A stretch of 63,571 nt of DNA from Syntrophus aciditrophicus (GTDB taxonomy: Bacteria; Desulfobacterota; Syntrophia; Syntrophales; UBA8958): contig DYRD01000003.1 in assembly GCA_020718905.1 (NCBI GenBank), forward strand, positions 1 through 63,571, in the 5' to 3' direction. The stretch's first letter is position 1, and every line of letters begins with the position of its first letter. The notes beneath the pieces were generated by a model, which was not told where the DNA came from, ran no database searches, and worked only from the letters and a program-made list of their open reading frames with translations. This document shows, one piece after another, positions 22,092 to 31,093 of the stretch. The position numbers and the translations under genes are program-made.

Positions 22092-22120
22092 TTGACATAC
22101 AACGGCGACCCTCTTATAAT
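22092..22120 (+). promoter_or_regulatory. sigma70 promoter with perfect consensus
   Basis: TTGACA (22092-22097), a 17-nt spacer, then TATAAT (22115-22120), upstream of the REC-GGDEF gene. Confidence 0.65.
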
Positions 22121-22204
22121 CCCTATCAAAAATCATAAAAAAGTGCGGACGGGGTGATTTTTGACGATATATTGCTATGCAGAAAAGGTTGCGCCACGAA
22201 GCTG

Positions 22205-23149
22205 ATGAATGTAGACGATAAGGTTAATAGCGAGCTATTCTGGATACTTGTTGTTGATGCTCAGTCAACGATGAGGCAAATGATCAGAGAGGCCGTCAGC
22301 GATCTGGGCTATGCTTGCCTCGAGGCCACAGATGGTATCGAGGCCTTGGAAATCCTTGCAAAAGAGACGATGGATTTGGTGATCACCGATATCGCCATGC
22401 CGCGCCTTGATGGTATCGCCCTGACTCAGGCCATAAAAGAGAAATATGACAGCAACGTCATCGTCATGACCGGCATGGGCGGCCAATTTACCTACGAGGC
22501 TGTCATCGCCAAAGGGGCCAGTGACTTCATCCTGAAACCTATCCGCATCGAGGAACTGCTCGTCAGGATAAAGCGCATCCTCAGGGAGAGGATTATCATT
22601 GAGGAAAGAAACCGCATGGAGCATGCGCTACGGGAGAGCGAACAGCGTTATCAGGAGCTGAGCATAACGGATGACCTAACAAAACTTTACAATTTTAGAT
22701 ATTTACATGAAAAGCTTGGGACGGAGATCGATCGCAGCAGGCGCTATAACCGTCAGATTTCTCTTCTCATGCTCGATGTAGATAATTTCAAGCAATACAA
22801 TGATTCCTTCGGCCACTTAGAAGGCGACGGCGTTTTGATTCGCTTGGCCGAGGTTATCCGTAGCAGCCTGCGGCGCATGGATCAAGCATGCCGTTACGGG
22901 GGAGAGGAATTTGTCATTATCCTTCCGGAAACAACAGGTGAGCAGGGGTATGTCATTGCCGAACGTATCCGGGAGGGCATCCGGCAAGAGGCATTTACGC
23001 CGGCGCCGGGAAAGGTTGCCCAGGTAACGGTAAGCATCGGGGTGGCGCAATTGCAACCCCAAGAAGACATGCTGCATTTTATCGATCGGGCGGATAAGAA
23101 TATGTATGCCGCCAAGGCAGCCGGGAAGGATAAAGTGATTTTTACATAG
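22205..23149 (+). CDS. response regulator with GGDEF diguanylate cyclase output
   Basis: Receiver (ILVVDAQ..., DLVITDIAMPRLDG) plus a GGDEF domain (RYGGEEF with an upstream RxxD-type region). The start could be GTG at 22154 or ATG at 22205. Confidence 0.9.
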   Translation: MNVDDKVNSELFWILVVDAQSTMRQMIREAVSDLGYACLEATDGIEALEILAKETMDLVITDIAMPRLDGIALTQAIKEKYDSNVIVMTGMGGQFTYEAVIAKGASDFILKPIRIEELLVRIKRILRERIIIEERNRMEHALRESEQRYQELSITDDLTKLYNFRYLHEKLGTEIDRSRRYNRQISLLMLDVDNFKQYNDSFGHLEGDGVLIRLAEVIRSSLRRMDQACRYGGEEFVIILPETTGEQGYVIAERIREGIRQEAFTPAPGKVAQVTVSIGVAQLQPQEDMLHFIDRADKNMYAAKAAGKDKVIFT

Positions 23150-23182
23150 GCCGGTGCTTGTTCACCTTGCCATTGCCCGGCT

Positions 23183-24007
23183 TCAGGCCTCACCGCCCAT
23201 TGTACTTGTTAAATTGAGATCCATCATCATCGCCGGATTATCGGGATGCTGAATGCGGGGATTATGCGTTTCCGGAGGCAGCAATTCTAAATATACCGCT
23301 TTTATTTGCCTTATTGTTTTATTCTCCATTTTAATGATCATCTCTTTCAATTCGTTTTTTAGCTTTATATTCACTTCCAGGAAATTCTCATATCCCATCT
23401 CAGCCAGACGAGAAAATTCAAGGGTAAAGGCGGCAAGATAATCACCGATCCGGTTGGCATTTTGTGAGAGCAATCGATCCCCCGGGTTGACTTTGATTTC
23501 CGAGCGGATGTCGCAGTCAATTTCTTTGTTAAAGAGTTTTTTGATGTCATCACAGCTAAAATATGGATAAAGGTCCCAATCGATCAAATTTGGCGTGCAA
23601 TGTTCATATTGCTGGAAGTGGGATCTCAGACGCTTCCGGTAGTCAATGACTGCTTCTCCCGTGGATAACTTGATACCACCAAGCCTGCCTTCATAGAGCA
23701 TTGCGGCCTGGTTTGCCCTGAGATCGCCGTTGGCCCATTGTTCGGCAGCGCCCGCTATTAATGAGACGGCGCCAAAGCAATCCAGGGCATCTTCTACATT
23801 ATGAAAAAGGCTGATAGCCGCCGAATGGCGTCCGGCAATATTTGCGTCCGAAACCGTTAAAATAAGGAAGATCAGGTGATTGGCAATCGCATGTGCGGAA
23901 AATCGCGCCACCTCCGTATCAACCCGGGGCTGAGGACGTTTGCTGATTATCCGGGTGAGGGCATCTAAGGATAGCGTGGATACTGTAAAGTCTTGCCTTG
24001 CAATCAT
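23183..24007 (-). CDS. hypothetical protein in an AT-rich segment
   Basis: 274-aa ORF whose ATG at 24005-24007 has GGAGG 6 nt upstream. I recognise no motif. It is visibly more AT-rich than its flanks. Confidence 0.6.
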   Translation of the reverse strand: MIARQDFTVSTLSLDALTRIISKRPQPRVDTEVARFSAHAIANHLIFLILTVSDANIAGRHSAAISLFHNVEDALDCFGAVSLIAGAAEQWANGDLRANQAAMLYEGRLGGIKLSTGEAVIDYRKRLRSHFQQYEHCTPNLIDWDLYPYFSCDDIKKLFNKEIDCDIRSEIKVNPGDRLLSQNANRIGDYLAAFTLEFSRLAEMGYENFLEVNIKLKNELKEMIIKMENKTIRQIKAVYLELLPPETHNPRIQHPDNPAMMMDLNLTSTMGGEA

Positions 24008-24208
24008 GAGTAGCCTCCAAGGGGTGCGCCGTAAAAAGTTCACCCTTACGAACCAAGTTAAACTACCGTTATAATAAAATTATTAAACGACCAGTTCTAC
24101 TTTTTCGGTTTTTGGAGCAGCCGACAATATATAAGCAAAGCATGCAAAAAGCTGAGTGATTAAATCACTTTCGATTCCCCGTGTCAATGATTTCGTATAG
24201 CATTGATA

Positions 24209-24910
24209 TCATAAGAGTAACTGCCCATGGACGGCAATTTTGGTGAACGTCGCCGGGATCTTTTTCCCCGCCTGCTCCATCGCCGTCTGCACGATCCGGA
24301 CAAGACCGCCGCAACAGGGGACCTCCATGAAGGGGACCTCCAGGGAGCGGATGTCGTTCTTCGCAAACATCTCCGTCAGTTTGTCCACATAGAACGCCGC
24401 ATTGTCCAGCTTCGGACAGGCAATAATCAGGACGCGGTCCTTTACAAAGCGGCGCTGAAAGTCTCCAAAGGCGCAGGGGACGCAATCGGCGGCGATAACT
24501 ACATCCGCCCCGGACAGATAAGGGGCGGTGACGGGCATGAGCATCAACTGGACCGGCCAGTTCTGCAATTGCGACGGTGGTGATGCCTCCCCGGCTGCCT
24601 TGCCTGTCATAGCCACAGGGGGCCGCAGTTCCCTGATCATGGAACCCGGACAAGCGCAAGGCGGTTCTTCCCGATGATGCAAATGGCTTGCTGTGGCCTC
24701 CTCATCAAAGACATCGGCCTCTCTTTCAATCATGTCGATGGCCCCCTGGGGACACTCCCCGAGGCAGGTCCCCAGGCCGTCGCAGTAGGTTTCACCGATC
24801 AGCCTTGCCTTGCCGTCGATGATCTTGAGAGCCCCTTCGGCGCAAGCGGTCACGCAAAGCCCGCAGCCGTCACATTTCTCCTCGTTGATGGCGATTATCT
24901 TTCTTTTGAT
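24209..24910 (-). CDS. ferredoxin-like 4Fe-4S protein (hcp-associated type)
   Basis: CDGCGLCVTAC and CDGLGTCLGECP cluster motifs with a Cys-rich C-terminal domain (ADCVPCAF, CPKLD, PCCGG). The first cluster lies upstream of the first ATG/GTG/TTG. The frame is open from 24934 but holds only ATT/ATC/ATA codons there. ATC at 24908-24910 lies 8 nt after GAGGGAG. Confidence 0.7.
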   Translation of the reverse strand: MKRKIIAINEEKCDGCGLCVTACAEGALKIIDGKARLIGETYCDGLGTCLGECPQGAIDMIEREADVFDEEATASHLHHREEPPCACPGSMIRELRPPVAMTGKAAGEASPPSQLQNWPVQLMLMPVTAPYLSGADVVIAADCVPCAFGDFQRRFVKDRVLIIACPKLDNAAFYVDKLTEMFAKNDIRSLEVPFMEVPCCGGLVRIVQTAMEQAGKKIPATFTKIAVHGQLLL

Positions 24911-24991
24911 CTTCTTGTCTCCCTCACGGCGAATTTAAATGAAATTATAAATACGATGTGTTATAAATAATCAAGTTTCAAGATAATTGCT

Positions 24992-25005
24992 TTGACTTAA
25001 GTCAA
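24992..25005. promoter_or_regulatory. Crp/Fnr-type operator (perfect palindrome)
   Basis: TTGAC-TTAA-GTCAA, located between the divergent ferredoxin-like gene and the Crp/Fnr regulator gene. Confidence 0.65.
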
Positions 25006-25044
25006 CTAAGATCGACTTTTATATAATTTATACAACTAAGACAT

Positions 25045-25722
25045 ATGGCTTCCGGGAGATTATTGCCGAGCATTTCTTTTTTCGAAGGGCTGTCGGGGTC
25101 GCAGCAGGCGGAGATGCTCGCCATGGGCGTCTCCCGTCGGGTCGCAAAAGGCCAAACCATATTCCTCGACGGAGACAAGGCGACGGGCTTTTATGTAATT
25201 TTAACGGGAAAGGTGAAGATCTACAAGCTCGCACCGGAAGGAAAGGAACAGATTCTCCATGTCTTCGGTGCCGGTGAGCCCTTTGGGGAAGTTCCCACCT
25301 TCGCCAATGCCGTTTTTCCAGCCCATGCCGAAGCGATCGAAAAAACCCAGCTCCTGTTTCTCCCCCGGGAGAGTTTTATCAGGCAGATCAGCCAGGATCC
25401 CGATCTGGCCATGGGGATGCTGGCCACCCTCTCCCGCCGCCTCCTGCACATGACCAAACTGGTGGAGAGCCTGTCCCTGCAGAACGTCTCCAAGCGTCTT
25501 GCCGCCTATCTTCTCCGGCTGAGCGAAGGTCAGAAGCAGGCAGCCGCCGTGCAACTGGATATGAACAAAGGGGAGGTAGCCAGTTACCTGGGAACTATTC
25601 CCGCAACCCTCTCCCGGGCTCTGAACCGCTTGACCAACCAGAATCTGATCGAGGTCCAGGGGCGCCGGATCATCATTCTCGATAGAGCGGGATTGCAGGC
25701 ATGGGAGGAGCAAGGACTCTGA
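25045..25722 (+). CDS. Crp/Fnr family transcriptional regulator (HcpR-like by context)
   Basis: cNMP-binding beta-barrel (GDKATGFYVILTGKVKIY..GEPFGE) plus a C-terminal HTH (EVASYLGTIPATLSRALNRL). Confidence 0.9.
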   Translation: MASGRLLPSISFFEGLSGSQQAEMLAMGVSRRVAKGQTIFLDGDKATGFYVILTGKVKIYKLAPEGKEQILHVFGAGEPFGEVPTFANAVFPAHAEAIEKTQLLFLPRESFIRQISQDPDLAMGMLATLSRRLLHMTKLVESLSLQNVSKRLAAYLLRLSEGQKQAAAVQLDMNKGEVASYLGTIPATLSRALNRLTNQNLIEVQGRRIIILDRAGLQAWEEQGL

Positions 25723-25852
25723 GGACCCCTCTGAAGCCTTCGCGGAAGAGGTTGACCGTCCCCGGGCTGCGGAATCGTCTGGACAGCATCGACGGGGCAC
25801 CGGAATACGTCTTTATTACCCCGGAGCGTCGAGTGCGCTGGACAAGAGGAGC

Positions 25853-26194
25853 ATGCTGCGGGGATTCATGATAGATAATTACGAGCAAAGCGCTGAGAAT
25901 TACGCCCGTTTGCAAGCTCAATTGGCGCAAATTGAGCGCCTGGAGCAGGGATCCTTTTATTCCCCGGATTTTAAAAGCTGGCACCGGCAAACCGGTGAAC
26001 TGATCGAGGGCCTTTTCGGCAAGAGTTCCCACCCTTACGAAGCGTTTCAGACCGTTCTCTTTACCCCCCTTTTTCTTTCCTGCCGCGGCAGCGATACGGT
26101 CTTCACGGATGCTTATGAACAAGGTCTGGAGGAAATCCGCTCCCTCCTTGCATCGTGCCTGGAGAAAGGGAGACTCCCATCCCCACCCTACTAA
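25853..26194 (+). CDS. hypothetical protein
   Basis: 113-aa ORF with no recognisable motif. Its end overlaps the convergent flavoprotein gene by 4 nt. Confidence 0.35.
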   Translation: MLRGFMIDNYEQSAENYARLQAQLAQIERLEQGSFYSPDFKSWHRQTGELIEGLFGKSSHPYEAFQTVLFTPLFLSCRGSDTVFTDAYEQGLEEIRSLLASCLEKGRLPSPPY

Positions 26195-26850
26195 CCCTCG
26201 CCTTTCAAAATCCTTGCCGTTGCGACGGCCTTTTGCATCATCAGACCGGCGGCCTGAAGGGCCTGCTTGTCTTGGCACACCCCGAGCTTGTCCGTCTGGT
26301 AGGAAAGATCCTCGTTCATCTGTCCGGACACAGCTCCGACGCCGAAAATTGCCCCGGCGGCATGGACGGACGGGGTCCACAGCTCATGAAGCAGGAAAGC
26401 GCTATGGATGCTTTCCTGCGTCGTCTCTATCCCGCCGTTCCTGGTCCAGGCCACCGCCAGCGCCACGCCGACTTTGCCTTTCAAGGCCAGGTGTTTCTCC
26501 TTGCCGAAGATGAAACAACGGGTCCGATCGATGAGACACGCCATCAGTCCCGAAAGCCTGGCAAAATAGACCGGCGAAGCGAGCACGAGGACATGGCAAT
26601 CCCAAATTTTCATGAGGATGGGCGAGATGTCGTCGTCAATTTTACACAATTGCAGCGGGGTCTGTTTTCTCATGCACCAGTTGCACTGATTACAGTCGGA
26701 AAGATTGAGGCCCGCCAGGGCTAAGGCCTCCGTTTCCACGCCCCTCTCTTTTGCCGCCACTTGCAGGGCATGCTCCAACAGATATGCGGTGTTTCCTCCC
26801 CGGAAAGGACTTGAATGGATACCCAGGACCTTTATCTTTTGTTCCTCCAT
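26191..26850 (-). CDS. iron-sulfur flavoprotein / NADPH-dependent FMN reductase family
   Basis: KVLGIHSSPFRGGNT flavodoxin loop, a CNQCNWC cysteine cluster and ASPVYF. RBS AGGAGGG lies 7 nt before the ATG at 26850. Confidence 0.8.
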   Translation of the reverse strand: MEEQKIKVLGIHSSPFRGGNTAYLLEHALQVAAKERGVETEALALAGLNLSDCNQCNWCMRKQTPLQLCKIDDDISPILMKIWDCHVLVLASPVYFARLSGLMACLIDRTRCFIFGKEKHLALKGKVGVALAVAWTRNGGIETTQESIHSAFLLHELWTPSVHAAGAIFGVGAVSGQMNEDLSYQTDKLGVCQDKQALQAAGLMMQKAVATARILKGEG

Positions 26851-27019
26851 AGAAAAACCCTCCTTTTTTCTTTCCATACCTGAGCCGGCGACGCCTCTCC
26901 CGTGACCTGTTAAGGAATTCCTGCTCCCTTGTCAAGGCCGCAAAAATGCCCCCACAAAAAAGGGTTTTCATAAAGAGCGTTACATGCTAAGCAGTCGGCA
27001 AGATCACCCTTAAGTAAGG

Positions 27020-27801
27020 ATGGGAAGGAAGCGGCTTCTTCAGGGGGTTTCCTAAAAAAGGCAAAGGAATCAAAAAAGATATCCATCAGGGAGCTTTCAA
27101 GGAGAACTCAACTCAGCCCGGAATTGCTGCTCGCCATGGAGGAAAACCGCTTTGAGTCCTTTTCTCAGCCGGAATTCATTCCCAGGTATCTCAGACTTTA
27201 TGCACGCGAGTTGGGTCTTGATGAGGCCCAGGCGCTTAAGGACTACCAGGCCTTTGATCAAATCCCCCAGCAGATAAAAGACGCCCCCATCCAGACAAAT
27301 CTATTTCTGGACTATAATCCTCCGACCCGCGCCTCGGAATCTGCTAAGATACAAGTCGCCGACAACAACGATAATCTCTTCAAGCATGCCTTCCTGATCC
27401 TCTTGATGCTCCTTATCATCTCTCTGTTTTTCTACATCCCCTCTGAATACAAGGGACCCAAAGAGATCAGGTCTGATACGTCATCCCGGGTCGTCGAAAT
27501 GAAAAAAGATACCCCCGTCGCCGCCCCCCGCCCTCAAACCGCTGTTTCGCCACCCCTCGCGGATACGGCACCGTCGGGCATGGCTCTACCGCCGCAAGCC
27601 TCGCACCTTGCAGGCCCTACGCCGGTTTCCCCGGTGGAGCGGAAACCCGAACAAGCGATCAAGGTCATCGGGAACCGGAACAGTAAACGCTATCATTTGC
27701 CGGGAATGAAATACTACGATCGCGTCGCCGCCTACCACCGCGTTGTTTTCGCCTCCGAAGAAGAAGCCGTCAAGGCAGGATATCACAAAGCCTCCCGCTG
27801 A
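27020..27801 (+). pseudogene. RodZ-like HTH membrane protein with a conserved C-terminal YH..PG..AGY motif, frameshifted near the 5' end
   Basis: The HTH segment FLKKAKESKKISIRELSRRTQLSPELLLAMEENRF has no in-frame start. ATG at 27020 reaches it if the G5 run at 27043-27047 is read as G6. One TM (AFLILLMLLIISLFFYI), a Pro-rich linker, and C-terminal KRYHLPGMKYYDRV..FASEEEAVKAGYHKA. Confidence 0.6.
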
Positions 27802-28808
27802 TCGCTGTGGCCATTAAAGGCCGCATTGGCCTCCGCAATCAGCTGATCCTCCCTTCCCCGATACTTGGGTGAAAAGTGAAAAAGGATCATGCGCTTCACT
27901 CCTGCTTCTCTCGCAAGGGCCCCGGCCTGCCGGGCCGTCAGATGGTATTTTCCGGCCGCCAGATCGGCCTCGGCATCCAGGAAGGAACCTTCGATATAGA
28001 GGATATCGGCATCACGGGCTAAATCGACAATGATCGCGGCATTATCGGCACTGTAGAGGGCATCGGTCACATAGGCTATCTTTTGTCCCGGAGTAACCTT
28101 GACGATCCTGTCCGCCAGCGCCCCCAGAGGCGCCCATCTTTCCAGGAGCGATCCCGCTGCGTTTTTCCACCAGATCCGGACCGGATAATCGGGGGGGCAG
28201 TCATTTACGAGACAATCCTTGAGGCCGTTAAGCCACGGCCCGACGGGCAATCCCTCTTCCCCGAGGGCGTCTTTGCGGATGTTGATCCGCCTTTTCTCTT
28301 CGGCCCGGAAAGCGAGGCAGGGAATCCTGTGATCGAGAAAGGCCGCCTGGAGGGAGAAATATCTGTCTGCAAAAAGCGACCCGTCAAATATCCCGCGTTC
28401 ATCTTCATCTTCCACCCGGAAGCCGCGCCGGCAAGAAAAACGTCGCGTCGTCATTTGGCCCCTTGGATCGAATTCTGTGGCAATGATATTGAATTCATTT
28501 ACATATTGCTCGACGAGGTTCCATGTATATGCCCGCAGGCGGCTCCCCACCTGATCCAAGAAACCCGGAGGCCCATAAAGGGCGATCTGGCGGTTCCGTC
28601 CCAGGCAGATGCGCACCAGCTGATCGAAACCGATGAAGTGGTCCATGTGGGTATGGCTTACACAGATATGCTCTACCTTCAGGATGTTCCGGGAAGGCAG
28701 GAGCTGGAGGTCCCCCAGATCGAAAAGGAGAGCCCGGCGCCGGTATTTCATCTCCAGATAAACACAAGGGTCGCCGCCGGGACCGTTCACCAGCACCGTA
28801 TTAAACAC
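27783..28808 (-). CDS. MBL-fold metallo-hydrolase (RNase Z/BN-like)
   Basis: HxHxDH motif VSHTHMDHFIGF and late motifs HFSPKY. GTG at 28806-28808 overlaps the stop of the upstream gene (GTGTTTAA). The longest ORF extends to 28940. Confidence 0.8.
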   Translation of the reverse strand: MFNTVLVNGPGGDPCVYLEMKYRRRALLFDLGDLQLLPSRNILKVEHICVSHTHMDHFIGFDQLVRICLGRNRQIALYGPPGFLDQVGSRLRAYTWNLVEQYVNEFNIIATEFDPRGQMTTRRFSCRRGFRVEDEDERGIFDGSLFADRYFSLQAAFLDHRIPCLAFRAEEKRRINIRKDALGEEGLPVGPWLNGLKDCLVNDCPPDYPVRIWWKNAAGSLLERWAPLGALADRIVKVTPGQKIAYVTDALYSADNAAIIVDLARDADILYIEGSFLDAEADLAAGKYHLTARQAGALAREAGVKRMILFHFSPKYRGREDQLIAEANAAFNGHSDQREAL

Positions 28809-29643
28809 GGGGATGGCCTTCTCCCCGCAGGGATTCCCTGAGCCCGGCGGCAATCTGTCCGATGCGGAGGTAAGCTTCTCCGATTGCCGTTGTTTCATCA
28901 CCGGACAAAATAAACGGCATAATCTCCGCCCGGCCCGCAAAGACCTTCTTCAGTACCTCCGTTGTGCTTTGCCGCCGCGCCGTCACCTTTGCTTCCTGCC
29001 CATAATGATCACCCGCAGCCTCATTGGCGCCGAAGTCATCAATCAGGAGCAGCCGATCTGGCGGTGTCCAATGCACTTGTTTCCGCACCACCACCCAGAA
29101 TTCTTCCTCGTCCTTGCGGTACCCGAGATCGGCGGAATTGGCGATAAAAAAACATCCCCTGGAAGCAGCGTCTCGGGCCATCAAGGAGACTGCTTTTATC
29201 TGCATATCCTGAAATTGATCTTTGATGGCCTCCGTAGCTTCGGCATAGTGATCCGTGGCCACGACCGCCGTAATCAGGGGATGCTGATACAACTCCCGCA
29301 GCAAGGGACGCCAGGCGGGATCAATCGGGGAATGGGAAAAATATCGGGCGACGAAACTACCGGCAGCTCTGTCGAGGGCGTCCAGAGAAGAGTCTTTCCT
29401 GTTCGCCGTCCATTCCTTGCTGATCTTGCCGACGATAAGGCGGCGATAGCCGATAGGGCTGCGGCTACCCGCTTCCCAGGTGGGGTTGACAATACCGCTC
29501 CAGAATATCTCCGGCGAGTCAACACCGAAATCGGCAAGACCGGAGAGATACAATTGCCTCTTCAGAACGTCGTCTTGGGCGAAGGCGACCGCCTCCAGCG
29601 ACAGGGTTCCCGAATAATCAAAGACAATTATAAGTTTGGACAT
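28801..29643 (-). CDS. hypothetical protein, possibly HAD-like hydrolase fold
   Basis: N-terminal IIVFDYSGTLS resembles HAD motif I with the second Asp replaced, and the late LLLIDDFGAN resembles motif IV. The start overlaps the thiE 3' end by 16 nt. Confidence 0.5.
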   Translation of the reverse strand: MSKLIIVFDYSGTLSLEAVAFAQDDVLKRQLYLSGLADFGVDSPEIFWSGIVNPTWEAGSRSPIGYRRLIVGKISKEWTANRKDSSLDALDRAAGSFVARYFSHSPIDPAWRPLLRELYQHPLITAVVATDHYAEATEAIKDQFQDMQIKAVSLMARDAASRGCFFIANSADLGYRKDEEEFWVVVRKQVHWTPPDRLLLIDDFGANEAAGDHYGQEAKVTARRQSTTEVLKKVFAGRAEIMPFILSGDETTAIGEAYLRIGQIAAGLRESLRGEGHPRV

Positions 29644-30272
29644 GACCGACTATCGTCAATGATGCGGCACAGTTCCCGGGAAGCCAGGAAGGGGTCCGGG
29701 GCGGCGCAGATCGCCGATACTACGGCAATTCCGTCGGCGCCCGCCTGCATCGCCGCACCGGCGTTGGTCCCATTCAAGCCGCCGATGGCAATAAGGGGAT
29801 GGCGGGAATAGGCCCGGATCCTCGCGATACCCTCCAAACCCCAGCTTCCCCTCGTATCCGTCTTCGTCGGCGTCTCAAAAACGGGACTGACGCCGAGATA
29901 ATCCACATCCCACTCCTCGGCCTGCTCCACATCATCCCATGTCTCCACGGAAAGCCCGATGATGGTCCCCCTGCCCAGAATCACGCGGGCCAGGGGGTAG
30001 GGTATGTCTTCCTGACCGATATGGACCCCTTCCGCCTCGACCGCCAGGGCCACATCGATACGGTCGTTGATGATCAGAGGAACCTGGAAGGGGCTCAGTA
30101 GGGCCTTGATGCTTCTTGCCTCTTCGACAAAGGAGCGGGTAGATAGGTTCTTTTCCCGCAGCTGAACACAGGCGGCCCCCCCCCTGACGGCGGCCAAAAC
30201 AATCTCATCCAAAGGACGGCCGCCGCAGAGATCTCGATCCGTAACGAGGTATAATCCTTTGATCTTTTTCAT
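29628..30272 (-). CDS. thiE: thiamine-phosphate synthase
   Basis: 214 aa with LYLVTD, VQLREK, GVHIGQEDI, YLGVSPVFET and IAIGGL motifs. The ATG overlaps the thiM stop (ATGA). Confidence 0.93.
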   Translation of the reverse strand: MKKIKGLYLVTDRDLCGGRPLDEIVLAAVRGGAACVQLREKNLSTRSFVEEARSIKALLSPFQVPLIINDRIDVALAVEAEGVHIGQEDIPYPLARVILGRGTIIGLSVETWDDVEQAEEWDVDYLGVSPVFETPTKTDTRGSWGLEGIARIRAYSRHPLIAIGGLNGTNAGAAMQAGADGIAVVSAICAAPDPFLASRELCRIIDDSRSCPNL

Positions 30273-31081
30273 GAGGAAAGGGTTGTCAATTTCAGGTGTT
30301 GGTCGATATCTGCACAAGAAAGCCCGTAGAGGGCATCGAGGAATTGCATCTGCATGCTGCCGGGTCCAGCGGCCCGGGCGGCGGCGATTTCTCCGGCAAT
30401 CCCCATAACCGCCATAGTATAGGCCGCTGCGACAGCGAGGTCGGAGCCCACGGCGGCAAAGGCGCCGCATAGCGCCGAAGCCGTGCAGCCGAGGCCCGTA
30501 ACCCGGGCCATCATGGGATGGCCATTGGCGACAACGATCATCCGGCTGCCGCCGACAATGTAATCCTTCTCTCCGCTCACGCATACGACCGACCCAAATT
30601 GATCATTTAGTATCCGGGCCGCATCCAGGGCGTGATCCGAAGCCGCCGTACTATCGACCCCCTTGGTAAGCTTACCCTCCGTCACCAGGGCCATCGTTTC
30701 CGAGGCATTGGCCCGGATAATGGCCGGAGAAACCACCTCCAGAAGCTGCCGCGCAGTGCGGCTACGGTATGGCGTCGCGCCGGCCCCAACGGGGTCGAGA
30801 ATGACGGGGATACCTTTTTGTTTGGCCTTCCTTGCGGCCATGAACATCGACCTTGTCCATTCTTCGTTCAGGGTGCCGATGTTGATCACCAGGGCGGAGG
30901 CAATGTGAACCATGTCCTCGACCTCCTGTTCCGCATGGGCCATCACGGGAGAAGCGCCGATGGCCAGCAGGGCATTGGCGGTGGTGTTCATTACCACATA
31001 GTTTGTTATATTATGGACAAGGGGGGCACGGCTTCTTATCCGGAGCACGGCGTCCCAGACATGTTCGGACCGGTCAGGCAT
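30269..31081 (-). CDS. thiM: hydroxyethylthiazole kinase
   Basis: 270 aa with VHNITNYVVMNTTANALLAIGASPVMA and ..GLGCTASALCGAF.. typical of ThiM, adjacent to thiE. Confidence 0.93.
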   Translation of the reverse strand: MPDRSEHVWDAVLRIRSRAPLVHNITNYVVMNTTANALLAIGASPVMAHAEQEVEDMVHIASALVINIGTLNEEWTRSMFMAARKAKQKGIPVILDPVGAGATPYRSRTARQLLEVVSPAIIRANASETMALVTEGKLTKGVDSTAASDHALDAARILNDQFGSVVCVSGEKDYIVGGSRMIVVANGHPMMARVTGLGCTASALCGAFAAVGSDLAVAAAYTMAVMGIAGEIAAARAAGPGSMQMQFLDALYGLSCADIDQHLKLTTLSS

Positions 31082-31093
31082 GGCGTTTCTCCT

